Source: Callorhinchus milii
Taxonomy: Eukaryota
Direction: 5' to 3'
NCBI RefSeq assembly: GCF_018977255.1
Contig: NW_024705320.1
Location: 1 to 54,509, forward strand
Length of the DNA stretch: 54,509 nucleotides
Each line of letters starts with the position of its first letter. Position 1 is the stretch's first letter. The notes beneath the pieces are model-generated. The model ran no database searches. It saw only the letters and a list, made by a program, of their open reading frames with translations, and was not told the origin of the DNA. The position numbers and the translations under genes are program-made. Below are positions 21,301 to 36,300 of the stretch, in pieces.

Positions 21301-24300
21301 GTCGATAAAGTATATCCAACCAGAAACATGATAAGGATCCCGAATGTGACAGTGCTGACGCGTTTTAAGCAAAGACTCTAACCGGGCAAGTCCTCAGTGG
21401 GCTGTGTAAGTGCTATCAGTGCACTTCTAAGACCGGATCCGCACTAGAGGGGCTGGAGCTGCACAATGTCAAGCCCTATAGAACAGCTACCTCGGGAGTA
21501 GCACGCTCGTCTCGCTACAAGTATCACCGAAGCATAGCCGTGGGCAGGCTCCAAAAGGGACACCTTGTGGCAGGAAAGACGGCAAACGCCAAGAAAGAGA
21601 TGGACGTCTAACCCTCCCGCTGGGCCGCCTGAAGGGAGTGGTAGGCATAAGTTGCGAGAGAGGCCACGCAAGGACTCTTTATGTCTTCCAGAAATGTCAG
21701 TCATCCGTCGACAAGTCTACAGGTCACGCATGGTACACTCTGCGTTCTAATCAGGATTAACCGGAGTTGAAATCATAGCGGTGAACAATCTCATGTCACA
21801 TCGTGTTTATGTCGATGAGGGTAGATGCGCTGTTAGAAGTTACCTTCGCAGTGTCCGCGAACAGTCATGTCTGGACTAAGCGGCGTGACAGCAGAGGTAC
21901 ACTAGAAAACACAAATGCACCAATGAGTGTAGCCCTGGAAATAGTAAACTAATATGGCCCCTAACGGTCCCACGAGGCATCAATCCGAGTTTCTCACAGG
22001 TTGTGGCTTAGACATCTATCCTGCTGGATTAGCAATCAAAGGGGCCTCGGGCTCGCAGTTATATAGAATTCGAGAAACAGGGCCGAGGGATCCCATAGAC
22101 CGTCACATGGCGACGACTAAACACCCCCAAGCCGCACGATCCAGGTCGACACCGTACAAGCCGTAGGTCGCAGTAAGCATATCTAGAAGGACGCGCGCAA
22201 CCCGCCCACAGAATGGAAGAGGCCACCCTCTCCTTTTTCCCAATAGTCCGGTCCAGGTTTAGGGGGGCTCCCAAGCGGTAGAGGTATCCATCTATGTCAA
22301 GTCTCTCGCGAGTCCAGCGACTACGGAATTTTATCATGCTTCAAAGGTTTGGTAGCTATTTTCTCGTGCGGCCTATCTTTGCGTTGCCATCTATGCATCG
22401 GAAGCATAAGGGTTCTGTTACGAGGCAAAGAAGCAATAGTTGGTCGCAACGCTGCGATCCCTTTCTGAAATGAGTAACCGCAAAATAGGTGCTCTCTTGA
22501 GGCAGAGAGGATACCTCTAAGATGGGATTAATTCGGCTATTATCACTTCCACGACGTTATCTTGAGGTAGCAGGTTTCTACAAAAGTGGGCCAAGATAAA
22601 TTTTAAGTGACATCGGCGCACGGGCGACGTGCTCACCTACTCTGCGCCCTACGTCTTGATAGGATCTAAACTGCATAGACAGGCGCATCGGGGTGTACAG
22701 CTCTCCCCTGCAGACAATTAGGCAGGTTATACGGCCGAATAAGTATAGCCGTTAGTTACGGTGTGTGGGGCGCCGGAACGCATAGTGTACCTCCGGCCGA
22801 ACCGGTCTAACGTACTGCTGAATAGTAGACAACAATTGGCAAGGATGCAGTAGTAAGGAGCTAGAGAACACATACTTACTAGCATAGCCCGCGAGAGCAA
22901 TAGACTTTACATTGGTATGCCATGGGAACAATTGCTCTAGTTTTCGTTTGGTTGGGGTACCTGTCAGACAGGTAAGGATCGATGATTTAAGGGTTCCGGT
23001 TATCTCTACGGGCGTAGCTGGCCCTTCTTAAAAGTGTAAATGAGTCGCCATATAGCCGAATACTTGAATCTGACGTCCTGATCCACAGTCTCACTAATTA
23101 GCCCCACACTGTTAGAACGGGCTAAGTGCAACGGCATAAACGATCTGTACTTAGATTCGGTCGCGAGATCCCCGGCCGTCTTGGAGGCGGCACAAGACGA
23201 CTACCGGCTAGTGATGACCCTTGATCGCTACTAGAGGTCGAGTGGCCGTAACATCAAGATAAGGAAGACCGGTGCTTTGGTACTGTCACAAAACACAAGG
23301 CTACAGAGGTATACGTGGCCATAAGACTTCACGCATGCAAACCACGGTCTGCAGCTTTCGGAATGGTTATGCCCGCAGGAGCTGGTGGCTTTCCGAGGTG
23401 TTACTGTCCCCGGGGAAGTGTCTCGGCACAACAAGTCAACCGGCACGAAGGCCGAATAGTGCTGTAGCAGAGTCGATGTAAAAAGATATTAGGTAGCAAC
23501 CAGTACTGGGGGCTAATACTAAATGGAACAGTTGGTGCCTAGACTGAGCGAGGATAGAACTGTCCACTTAGTCCCCTGGTATTAGCTGCGTACGAGCATG
23601 TTAACAGTTTCAGTATGTTGTGCTAACGACTGGACGGCCTATGGGCGAGTCCACGAAATATTGCTTCGACAATGACCTCTGTACAGTGCCCGGAAAAAAC
23701 GATACACTCAGCACGAGGTAATGTGAACAACATTTGCTGGAGCATCACATTCAGCACTTAAGAAGATGCCAACCATTCCCTAGGTAGCTTTGAGGGAAGC
23801 TGGTAAGGACCTACACCTCATAATAATCTTACTAAAGGAGTAGAGTAACGCTCTCGCCCGCCCGCTTGATGAGCGTTGTCCGCAGAAGGAGGTACCTCAT
23901 TGAGAAGGCGATATATCGCGGCTGATGCAATAGACGGTAGGCAGAGGGAAGAGCCTCCCTTTCGATTTTGTTCTTCAGCTACCCTCCGTGAGTTAGTGTG
24001 GGGACGTTTGTGAGAGAAACCTATTCTACAGGGTGATGAAAGGAAACCCATTTAGCCCACTGGGCCTCAAGCTGTAACGCGCTTAGCAGGGAGTTTGCTC
24101 TTCGATCACTTAAGTGGAGACATTGGTTCAGTATATCTTGTGCGCGTCAGGGTCCAACGTACAGGCTACGCTTATGCTGTCTTTTAGGAAACCCTTCATA
24201 GCCCGAGTCACCGCGTACTCCGCGTGCGTTGACGAACTTTTATGATTCCCACTGGGATAATTTCCGTATGGTACCCCTAAGTTCTATCATTTTTGTCGCG

Positions 24301-27300
24301 CGACTATGCAAGTAACTAGTTGCCGCATATACCTCCCACCTCGAACTGAACAAGAAGAAACAACTACGGCAGCTCCACAGTCACGCTTAGGTGTTGCTGA
24401 GGCACTACCCCTGCCTTAGCTTGTGCGACCACTTGATACAGGTAGCTTAAGGGGGCTTCAGCCTACGCTCTCCCGAATTAAGTAGATTGATCTGAAGCCA
24501 TAGTGTAATGCCTCCAGTCCCTACATCTCCTTGGGACGCAGAATGGTTATGATATGTATAAGGCAGTCAACGCACTGGATAGAGCGCCTTAACCGATATA
24601 CACTAGATGTGGTTGCTATACCCCTGCGGTGTCCTACAGTGTACACGATAAACAATTAAAGCATCGCCCATGGATGAGCCGAAGACGTAGAATGACCTGA
24701 TCGTGGTAACACAAAGCATTATAATTCTGGGCTCGGAATTGGCAGGGAACTTCCACGCTCCGCTCTGTTTGAACATTATGCTGGACGTGTTTCATGCAAC
24801 ATTGATTGTGATCCTCGACTCCCCACAGCGTAGCACATTTGTGAACAGCTATCATAGCTAACGTCAGCCTCAACGTAAGCCTACGTACACCACGGGACGC
24901 GATTTACGGACATACGGACATCACCCTGGGTCTATTCAGTCTACGAGCGCCTTGGCTCCCTCAGACCCAAGCTTAACCTACTAGAAAGCGTGGAATCGTA
25001 CTATGTACACGGCACGACACTGTAATGTCGGTGACGCAACTGACTACTGTTACCAATAAACACGAAAGATTTCGTATGCGGCGAATGATCCGTCAAATCT
25101 TATTGCCATGGGTACTCACGTTATCGTAGCTCCTGATCCACTCCTTTACAAAAGTGACCCTCAACAGGGGTAGGTCGGCGAGGGGATTTTCACATAACCG
25201 CGGGGGGAGATCGCTAGCTGGGTGTATACCAATGGCAAGCGGGTACGAGCGAGATCAACACCGCGTGGGGCTTGAATATAAAGACATGCGTCTGACACCG
25301 GATAAGACATGCTATTGTAATGACCGTTCGCAGGTTGTGAACCGAACTAGGCCCAAAAACATGAAGCTATACGAGGTACGTACTTAGGCCTCGGAGCCCT
25401 CTGTCTGTGTCAGTATAAATTAGGCGATAGTGTCACCTAAGCCTCAAGGTTCCCCGATAAGCCGCTGTGTAGGTGCGCCAGTGAGCGAACTACGGTCGGA
25501 GTGCGGCCGGCACCCTTCAGGATTTGGTTAATTACGTTTAACCGACTCTGGGGTGAGGTGGAACTGTGGGCCTTATGCACTAGGGGTTACGCGGCCCAGA
25601 CAGACAAACTATGGAGGTAGACCTTCTGCACATCAAGCATAAGGGTACCCAGGCTTTGTGATGGCAAGTATGCGCATTAGGCTAGATTTGTCCTTTAAGT
25701 GAACTGGCCGCTGCGGAAGTTTGGCCGACTTTCGCTCTATACACCGTACTAGGCAAGGAAATTATCACATCTTGATGAAACACGCAAGGAAGCATAACAG
25801 CGGCTTCACAGAGTATGACGGTACAGTTTTTCGAAGTAGGGTTGCTTAGGTTTTACCAAACTGAGTATTCTCTACTCCTTTATACGATCGTCTCAGGACA
25901 CACGAGAGGGAATATACAAAGGGACCATTCATAGACAGTGGTGCGCAGCTGGACATCACAACGGCATCCGATGGCAGTATTGAGGAAGGCCTCTGCCGAC
26001 AAAGATACTGGGCGGCAGGTCGGCACGGCACACGACGTAGGTCCCTGAAACATAAGACCGAAGTAAATGGTCATCACGTTCAGGAAGATGCGAGCCCTAC
26101 ATAATTATTTGATGATCCCAATGGAGGTCTATTCCGAACAGTAGTGGGGGAGACGAAATTTGAACATACAGAGGGGCCACTGGTTGCCCACAAGTTTCAA
26201 GATGTCCTACTTACAGTTAGTATTCAGGAGACACACCTCCTTTTCGAGATTGCGATGAACTGGATATTACCAGCCTTGCAAGCTTAATACCAGGAATGAG
26301 GCTTCCTCGCCATGCAATTCTTTATGATGGTAGTTATCATATACCCCAGGTCTAACGTTGGATGTTGAACGCGATCGTCTTGAACGAGTACACACCGCCA
26401 GTTTGGAGCTACGCAACTGAGGTTGGGAGCGGCCGGATAGAACTAGCCTACAAAACCAATGGCCTCCGAATACCAAAGTCCGAGGCCAATAATCTCGCAA
26501 ACATTTGAACCACTCCGTATAGCACATTCACTTTTACGCCGGGTGGTAACACGGGGTTTGAGAGATGCTGACCTAATGCGAAGACTCTCACCTACTCCGG
26601 AGGGCGCATAGCGATGTAAAGCGATAACGAGCTCAATTTGCGAGGCCCATGACACACTTCAACTGATTACCGCTAGTCTCATGCGAGTACTGGCCGGCAC
26701 AAACACTCAATTTTGTACAAGATCGAATGCGGTCACTACATGGCGCGTACAAAAGCGGTAGCACGGAAAGACAACTAACTGGAGCATGTTACACAGGTTG
26801 TCAAGCTGGGTACTTCGCCAACTCAGCAGCCGAATAACTCACTTACGGCCTACTCGAATCATTTACTCGCAAGTGGTAACGTCGGGCTATTAACAGCCCC
26901 CTCTCTCGAGCAACACCAATTTTAAAAACTTTACTCCTCAGCTTCTGATGGCGATCGATGTCCGCATGAGCTATTATGCCGAACCGCTTAGCGTTTCTGG
27001 GACAATAGTCTATCCTGGCCGGCGCCGAGTGGTTTCGAAAGGGCGGCCACAAGGACGTTGCCCACGCTTTACCAATCGCGTCGTACATCTGTCGACACTT
27101 AGGACCTGCATTGACTGAACGTATGCTAATAACGTCTATTCCAAGCAAGATCGTGTTACATATGGGACTTTCATATCTACTTACAAGTGGTCCGTCCCAG
27201 TGTCGACTGACAACTGCTCTATGCCCGCAGTTTAATATCACTTGCTAGGTTTTATCTGGGCTGGTTGGGCGCAACCCATACTGAAGGAAAAAGGGCGGCG

Positions 27301-30300
27301 ATAACAGTCAATTTTTTGGGCAGTGACGCGCAAGATGGTACAAGAGACGTAAGCTACGGAAGGAACCGGTTCTTTCATTTCAAAATGGAGGCGCTAAGGG
27401 TAACGGTTCTACGAGTCAAACGCCACAATATTTCACCTGGCATCGCCGATATGGGAAGAATACCTACGAACTACTGAGTCAAGTACCTGCTACGAGCATA
27501 AGTCATGGCGAAAGTTGAAACAAGGTTTCTCTGCGTACTGGCGTAAGCTTTCATGCTAATACAATAAGTGGAAAATTAGCGATATCAGGAGCGAGCGGCA
27601 GCTGATTTGTGTCCTTGCACTTTGATATCCAACCTGACAAGGGTACACCCTCCGATGGTCTTTACACGATTTTATCGATCGGGATACCGAACGCGTCAGA
27701 CGGAAACCGCACAGGCTTCCCAAGAGTCGCAGCATATGGTGCGCAGTTCCGAGTCACAAAATAAGACTCACACGGTCCTAAGACGGGCAGGTTGGGTTGT
27801 CTTTCGCCACCCGTAAGATCGGGTGTATTTGAATCGAGATGAGTGAAATGTGAACATGTACTAACGAATGGACTGAAATCGTCGAGGGCATAGCATGTTT
27901 ACCGCACCTACGAACCCCATAGTTCCTGTGATAGATGGGACATCTACTTTACCTAGGTAAGCGGGACGTGGGTCTGATCACTATCCTGTAGTTAAGCACG
28001 GATCATATGCTCGCTAACTGTAAGCTACCGGTACCATTCAACGCGCTGCCGATACCCATAAATGAGAAACCCTCTGTATGCCTAGCCTAGTGTCCGCATG
28101 GAAGCTTTCCTTTAACCCATTTATTAAGCTGTCTGAAGACCACCGGTAATTAATAGCTTTCAGTACGACGGCAGGCATTTCAAAACGGTCTAATTGGACT
28201 TCTTCTTACTAACCTGCGTGAGGCCGAACTTGCTAGTAGCGCTCAACCCTCCGGCCAGTTAACTACCCACCTATAGTTGTTCTAATCCCCATTTTGTCCT
28301 CCATGTTCGTTTCAGCTGGGGCGCTCTCTTGGAAATCCATTACTGTAAATGCTTCGGGGAGACGGTGAATGGCTCCAACGTAACCGCAAGGGGTCACACA
28401 CAGCCCTTGTTTAGGGTGTTTCGGGTCACATCTGGGTGTCTCGTCCTGCCTCCCAGACTGAGATTCACAACTAGGGCTTGAGACTGCGGTGGCGTCGTTG
28501 TCGGTTTCATGTAGGCTAACCCTACCAGCAGGAAGTCGTATATAAGAGCAGAACTACTAGACAATCTTGCACTGTCTAAAACCTAGAGGCCTCCCTATTC
28601 TTGTTTTATCCCCCACCATTTAGTCTCACCGCTACGCGTACCATGGCGTTTATACCTACTCCGCAGTCCGAACACGTTCGACATTGGGCACTCCGCCCTC
28701 GGGTAACTAACACGGTGATCCAAAGTTTCATGGTGGGAAAGCACGCTCGTACACCCCGAAACTATGGGTACGGCAAGTTGCATTGACTAAGGTCTATGAT
28801 TCACAATTCTAGAACTGATCCTAATTGGGACTAGCTGAGCGTATCGTCATGGGCCCAGGAGCAGCCCCCGTACCCGCTACAGGGAAACGGACGCATTAAT
28901 TCACGGGGGAAAATAGGTACACCGCACCTTTGGCTTCATCAGTGTACCAGGCGACTACGGTAGCGGAGAGCAACAGTAAGTAAAATTTTGGAGCATGTCC
29001 TAGAACTCGTGAATTCACGTCTATGCCGTGGCTTCCTCACGTCCTATGCTTGGGAATAGTGTCGCGACCCCAACTCATCCGATTACACGTCATAACTCAG
29101 CTACTAGGGTGGAGACACTGATTTAGCACGAGAGCAATCCCGACGGGTGCCGGTGCGAACCACGATAAAACTATGAGAAATGGAGAATACAAGGTTGACC
29201 TAGTTTCATTAGGGTATGTGGTAAAGTGTCGGATCCGTAAAAAGTGGCAGACAGTGGAAATGTTTACTACTGAGTTAGGCTGTTAGAGACCTGGAAAGCG
29301 AGCAAATTATCGCAAAGAGTTTCATGCTACGCTCATTCATTTAGGTCCGTCGGAGCCTGGTGATTTACCCATTCGTAAAAGGGGTCTTTTTAGGGATGAA
29401 AATAGTTCAAGCGAATAAGTCTGAATGTAGGGCGCCTGTCTTAGAGTACGCATGTTTGCATTTCATGCGCGGCAGAGCGGGGGTCAGGTGAAGAGCTCAG
29501 GAGATATTCAGACCTTTTTATCATCAGCGCTCGTCATTTGGACTGTTAAAAACCTGGATGTCGGATAAACTCTACAGTCCAAAAGTAACGTACCTTGTAG
29601 AACGTCTTGGGAAAACGGTGTTGGAATGTGAAACATTCTGGTGGGATCCAGCCAGCCCGCAAGGTTATCGGGGCTGGGACACAGGTCTGATAAAGTCACT
29701 AGATCTAAGGGGATCGATCCGCGGCCGCCTTATGGAATAACCCCCGTTTCCTGCACCGTGCGGAAGAGTCAGCTGCCGAGTTATGCGCGCGACGCAGTCC
29801 TAGTCGTGAGTTTCTTTCCAAATGCACTAGTCTGCGTGTATCTAAAAACGCTTGTCTGATCTGTTCAGGCTGACACGGGGAGGACTAATAATGCTGGGTT
29901 GAAAGCATTATGGGGGTCAGGAAACTATAACTTGCAACGGCGACAGGCCACTTCATGCAAAAACAGGCATTAGAGGAAGCGAACGCGACGATATGGAATA
30001 TACGATCCCCGGCATCAGAGGACTATCCTGATTGCGACCGTTTCGCTGATGTAGGTTTTGTAGCAAGGTTCTAGGTTCTTAACCAGATTCATTAATACTC
30101 AGAACACCAGCACCTACGGTACTCTGATCATGCCTCCCGCGAAGTTCTCAGTTTATGCAGGGGTAACACTCCCTAAATCGGCTCGTAACCCCCGCATTTA
30201 CCAAGAAAAAAGAAGTTTACCTGGCCTACGAACCCCTGATGGGGATTAGGGCTCGATCCTAGACGATTTATCGTGCGTGAGCAAATTTTTGCTTATGAAA

Positions 30301-33300
30301 CAATCGGAGTTAGGGAAGCAAGAAGACCAGGAAGTTAACACACGTGAATTACTTTCATGCAAGGATGATCTGCTACAACAGTCAGTGATATCAGGTAGAT
30401 ATCGCCGACGGTAATTAGGCCCCACGTCAGGAACATTTTCTACATGTCTGAAGCTAATATCCATAACCTAGCATGGGGTGATATGCCAACCAAAATATTG
30501 TTAATCGAACCACAGGACTTTAATTGACCCGCTTTGAGGTCTATGCTCTCACGATGGTAGTAAGAAGGTTCCGAGCAAGGTGTTCCCACACTACTTAACT
30601 CATAGCTATGACGAGACGCACCGCGGATAATGGTCGTTTCGATGACTAAGAGGTTTACTAGAGAGTCACATAACTACTAGGACGCTCGAGTAGAATATGG
30701 TACACTAGAAGACGCGGGACCGGGCGACTTGGGCAGGTCTGACTGGCCTAGATAAGGTTCCACTGGAAAGTGGTGCTTCATCGCAGTTCATCGGATGATG
30801 GGGCCGAACTGTACCCGCGTTTTTCCAACCTGCCGCATGATAACCTCCCTTGCCGTTGACGGCCCGGCACCGAGGCTACTTTTCGCCGTCCTTCCTTCAA
30901 GGTAGTAAAAAATGTAAGGGTTCGCACTGGAGGAACGTCACACGGTTAAGTTGTGTGCCACGGCTTTGACTTTCCGCGAGAGTTCAACTTGCTTGATAAC
31001 TTTGAGGGTCCATCCGTCCTCAGATATTTGTGGACGTGATACCACGTCCTCGTTCGAAATGCACATTCCCACATGTACCATGACTATATACAAATGAGTC
31101 CCCTGATGGTTGGTATGACCACAACATAGATCTACTTTGATTATGGTTTCACGCCGTAAAGGTGTAGTAAGTGGGTAACTCAGAAGAGGGGAGAGCGTCT
31201 AAGGTTGCAAAAGTATGCTCTCGAATGCGCGTCTCGAGAGGGGAATCCCTGTCAACCAGGCGCAAGTAGTCTGATTGGATGCCGTTGACAAGTTGTCAGA
31301 TAAACCACGGTAGTCTCTGAAACGGTACAGCCGGAGGGTCGTAAGGCGTTTACCTCGGTCCTCCAGCTCAAGGGTCGGGAAGGGACGAACCGGGCAGCTC
31401 GCCAGTGTATTTTCTTTGCCGGGTGATGAGTTAGGACAAGGTCCAGGGCTGTCGCCTTGTCAGGACGCCAGATTCATCGTCACCAAGGCTTTCGGGGACA
31501 TTCTCGGACCATTTCGCACCCAAGATCTGTGTGGTTGAACATTAGATTATCTTTACTCCATCAATTAATGAAAGTATTACGCGTTTGTCATATATTGACC
31601 TGATAGTCGATCGAGACCCTGAAAAGCGAAGTCCGCTACAAACGGGACCCGACTTAGAGCGGTCTCCAGCTGTAGCGGGGTGCACCGACTGGACTAACAA
31701 CTAGCCATGCCGTGGAGATCTAATCAAATCGGGCGTGGTGATCTTGACAGCAATAAGATAATAAATTTTTGGCTCGGTACTTCCGTTCCCTCCTCATGCG
31801 AGATTCACGGGGCAGTTGCTCTGTGGGTCGCGATGTGGGCAGAAGGCGAACAATCACCCGACTAGGAAAATAGGCTCGCCTCACATGAACCCAAATGTAT
31901 CGAGAACTCACTGCCGAACTGGCACATTCAACTTACCTACAGATAGCTGCTCGCTAGAGGAAAAAAGTTGCGGATCATTCGCTATGATCCCTGTAATGGG
32001 CGCCCACTGGAACGGGCTTATGTAACACCTGACGCCACGACGCTACGGGACCGAGGCCAGTGCAGCACGGAAGGCCCTAGAATCGCATTTTGATGCATTG
32101 TAAGGACTGGGTCGGATGCAGCATACAAATGGCGTCTGTTACTTAGTGCGTACGTCCAGAAACGCCAAGTCTATGCCTCCCTGCTTTAAAACCCCTCTAT
32201 TAAAGTGCACGAAATGTCTGTCCGCAAGCAGCATACGCATACCGGTAAATAATTTCAGGACGCTTAGCCACAAGACGACATGCGCGCGCGCGGTTACTAA
32301 CGCCGCGGCAACTCTGAGGACGAGAGATACACTCTAGCTCAGACGTGTTAAGCATCTTAATAGCGATATTACCCTACGCCCCATGATAAAAATGTTTAAC
32401 TAGCTTAATATAACTCTTGCCACCATTTGTACGAAACTGAAAACCCGGTAATGTGTGTCGTAAGGAACTCTCACTAACGGGAAGCAAGGCAAGAGGTTAA
32501 GAAGGTGAAAACTATGGAGGCGGCCAGGTATCCCCAGTCTACTTTGTAACACGATTACACAAGCTATTCTGCCTCCGTCCATAGGATATACAAATCTTAG
32601 GAATCTCAGAGGCGGTCCTTTGTGTAACGTTACGCATCGCTTCAAAGTGCTCCCTCCCGCGGACATGCCCTTATGCCGTAGAGGCATCCCACGGGGTTCA
32701 TTATGCTTATGTAAATGGAATGTCCGTCACGTTTGTTCGATCCCCGCAGCCTTACTTCAGCGGAGTCTTAAGCTTCGTTTAGTACTTTCCGCAGGCCCTA
32801 ATCCGACTATGCTATGATGGATTTGCTTTCTGGGGTACGGGCAGTGACTCACCGCCTCTACTCACAATAACGGGGGCCATCCATAGCAAAACCAAGCGCA
32901 AAAACTCTACCTGCGCGTCATTGCTCGTCGAAATAGAGTTTAGCGCGCAGGGGGATATTCTATAATGGTAACAAACTCTCAACGCACGACCGAGTCGCTT
33001 GTGATTCCTCGTACCTAGGGCGGGAGGCTCATGGGCATCCATCGGTTCGCGAAAGGGGTAGTGCCTGCCTTTTGGAATTGCAACTACCGGTGAGAAACTG
33101 CACATTCACTCTAGCAAGCTGGTTGCTCTGTTGGCCCAGTCCTCCTCACGACAGGCTGAGTCCCAAAATCATGACCTCAATTCATATGAATAAGCTCGAG
33201 ACGTGCTGTCCGCCGATGGAGGAGTCACTTACTGAGGGAGGCAATCTTATGAGCTAAATGTGATCCAATCAAACGAGTCAAAATCGCCTTAGCCATATTC

Positions 33301-36300
33301 ATAAGTCTACCGGCGGTCACAGTGGCCTGAGCGTGGGAATTCGTATTCCTCAAAAACCTCCGCTGTGTATATACCGTGGACAGTTGGAACTTTGAGCCAT
33401 ATTTCCATAACGAATACTGTATACCAGATGAATCTATAACATTTCAGACATTGGACCGCACGCGACTTCTACATTTCTCATTATACGGAAATAGCCTGGG
33501 TGGCTTAACCGGGCCCCCACTGGGAATTACTATCAATTAGGTGCAGGCAGCGGCGAAACTTAAATCTAACGGACCTGAAACCGCCCAACACTAGTTGCCG
33601 ACAAGTACAGCCTAGAATCACGAGACAAATACTTCTGGTTAAAGTACTTTCTCGCGATTGAATTACTGGTGTTAATTAATAGGCGTGATAATGGGAGACA
33701 AAGTGTGTCCAATGGATCCCAAATCATTATCTATCCAGTTGATTCATCTCGCAGCTCCTGCCCCCTACGAAGGATATACCGCGAGAGGGTCTAACCGCGT
33801 TGATCGCTTGACAGCTGCATATGTATGAAGTCGAGTGAGTATAGTTCGGGATGTTCCCGACTACGTCACGTGAGACGAATTTCACTGTAGGGCCCGTGAA
33901 CACCATCAGAACCAAAGACACAATCCCCTAATACTGTTCCCTGACTTGTCCCCCTCCATTTGGAGTATTGGGATTTACTTCCCGTTGATAGCGTTTTGAT
34001 GATCCCTCACGACGGCGAGGTATTATAAGTGGCGCTTCATCGAATATAGATACACCCTCTCTGAGGACGTGAACTTAGCCAGACGGCCAATCCTGGTGGT
34101 GATGATCTTCAAAACAGACGCGTTGTATAGTAACGACACCGCCAGGGGTAAGCCGATGATTCCGGGCACTCACGCCCTACCTTAGTCTGTGCCCATGACG
34201 AGGCGGAACAATCGGACCTTTCCGTGAGGCTCTAAACTTTGGCCTTCGTCATTAGCGACTCGGAATAGTTTCGGGGCTTCGTATCGAATTACATTAATAC
34301 TTTTAACAAGTGGTAACCACGACCAGAACGGAGACACACTCAACGACGCGCTTGATTACATACCCCGAGAAGACGAGCCCAGGTCGCAGTATCGTACGTC
34401 ATCACCTACGACCGTTACTTTGTCCGGGGAGTATTTAAGATACTGCACAACAACCCCGTTAAGCCGCGTCTTATATGCAAGTGGATCCGGAACGGGTGCA
34501 TAATGTCAAGGTCATCCGACTATCTACCTCCTCTAAGTACTTAATCGAGGATGTATTAGGGGCTCGTGGGGCCATCGTCCTGAAGTGGAGCAGTATGCCT
34601 GTCGTCCCACGGCATCGTCCTATTCTCGCCCCGCCGGAGTTGAGCATCTGTCGATTCAGCGGATCCCCCGTAGTCTAGTACGCGTGGTTTGGAAGTTGTG
34701 CTTCGCCCTATTCCTCTCAAGACCGGCCCCGAAGTGGTGTTATAGCCAGAGAGGTGGCGGCACAATTTTACGTAAGTGGCGACAACTTGAGGCTGGATAT
34801 GGCGTATCATGAGTTTTCCATGGAGCCATTTGACGAGTCGCCGTTATTCCGATACATACGAATACGTAGTCTCGCTATCGTGGCCCGGACGCAGTCACGT
34901 AGTGAGAGGAGCCGGACTTACCCATTGCCTCTAGAATTATTATATTTGTAGCGGTAACGTCTTGCTACAGCTCTTGGTGCGTGCGTACTAAGGCCTCAGA
35001 GTGATAGAACGGTGGTATCGTTACGGGCTCGATTACCCCGTGAAATTAGATGGTTAAATCGCCGACTAATCTCCCAACTTTACATGTTACAACGCAAAGA
35101 AGCAGACCCTTCGTGTTGGATGGGTCTTGTACGAAACGCCCTGTTGGCCCAAGTCTTAGCTTGTCGCCCGTGGCAGCATCTGTGCGGACCGGTAAATGAC
35201 TAATGGATGGAGCCGGTTGTCTTAGTTACAAGGTTCCCCTATAAGGGTCCCCAACCTTGTGCGGAAGGGGCTGCGCCTATTAATTATTGATATGAAACGG
35301 ATTTGTCATAAATATACAGTGGTGAATCACTTTCTCCCGTTAGGCCTGGAAGGCATGAACCAAGGTTACCAAGCGCGCCCTATTATTTCTACGCTCTTCC
35401 TTTGCTTCCTTTTGGTCCTTGCGGTTAGAATGTCGTAACCATCTCTGACCGGTGAGTACACAGATGCAAGAAAGCCTATGGCGATAGGCAGCCTTAGACC
35501 TAAGAAGGTTCAATCGACATGGATATTTACGTCAGTAAACTCTATGCCATATTATCGTCGTGATGACCAAGCTTCATGCCACATACGCACAATGATGTAC
35601 CTGGCGCAGTGTTCCCGTCCCTTAGAACTCAGTTTCGACACGCGCAGTGCGGGGTGCGATCATGTGTAAAGCCGCGTGCGCAGGAGTGTCGTGCAACAAG
35701 TGGCTCAACCTAAAGGGCTTTCTACTAGATTTCCCTCCGTCCACGAACCCGGTATCCCAAAGCTGTAGTGCCAGACCATTTGGATTTACCAACGCAGTAC
35801 TCTACCGCGCCTAAACGAATATAGGTATGAGATTAAAAGTCGATAGGGGGCCGTTGTACACAGATAGAGGGAACGGATATGAGCGTCAAGGAGTATGATG
35901 TGATACTATATCAAGAGTGGAATTGTGATCTATCGATATACCACTGTCCATGACCTACCGGGCTCTCCTCTTTCCTTGCATCGGCATTCAAGCATCATTA
36001 AAAAGTTACGGATTTGCCGAGTATTAATTGTCATGTTAGTCGAGGATCCCGTAAGATGACGACCGTGTCTCTCGGGGCGATAACGTAGACGACTACGTGA
36101 AAGATAGTAACCTATGGTCAGAATTATACGGTGGCAATGATGGCGACGTTTCGGTCTCAGGTCATCGTTCGGAACCCAATAGGTCTGCACAAGGCCACGC
36201 GTTCTCCCACAAAAGGCGTTTTATCGGCTGCGCCGCCGGCTTGTGAAAAGAGCGGCTGACCTCGCCGATCACCTGATGGAGTTAGGTGACCGCATAAATT

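Noticed and set aside
25427..25440. ATAGTGTCACCTAA, a 14-nt match to the reverse-complement SP6 promoter
   Set aside because: The match is partial with no vector context on either side, so it is most likely coincidence.
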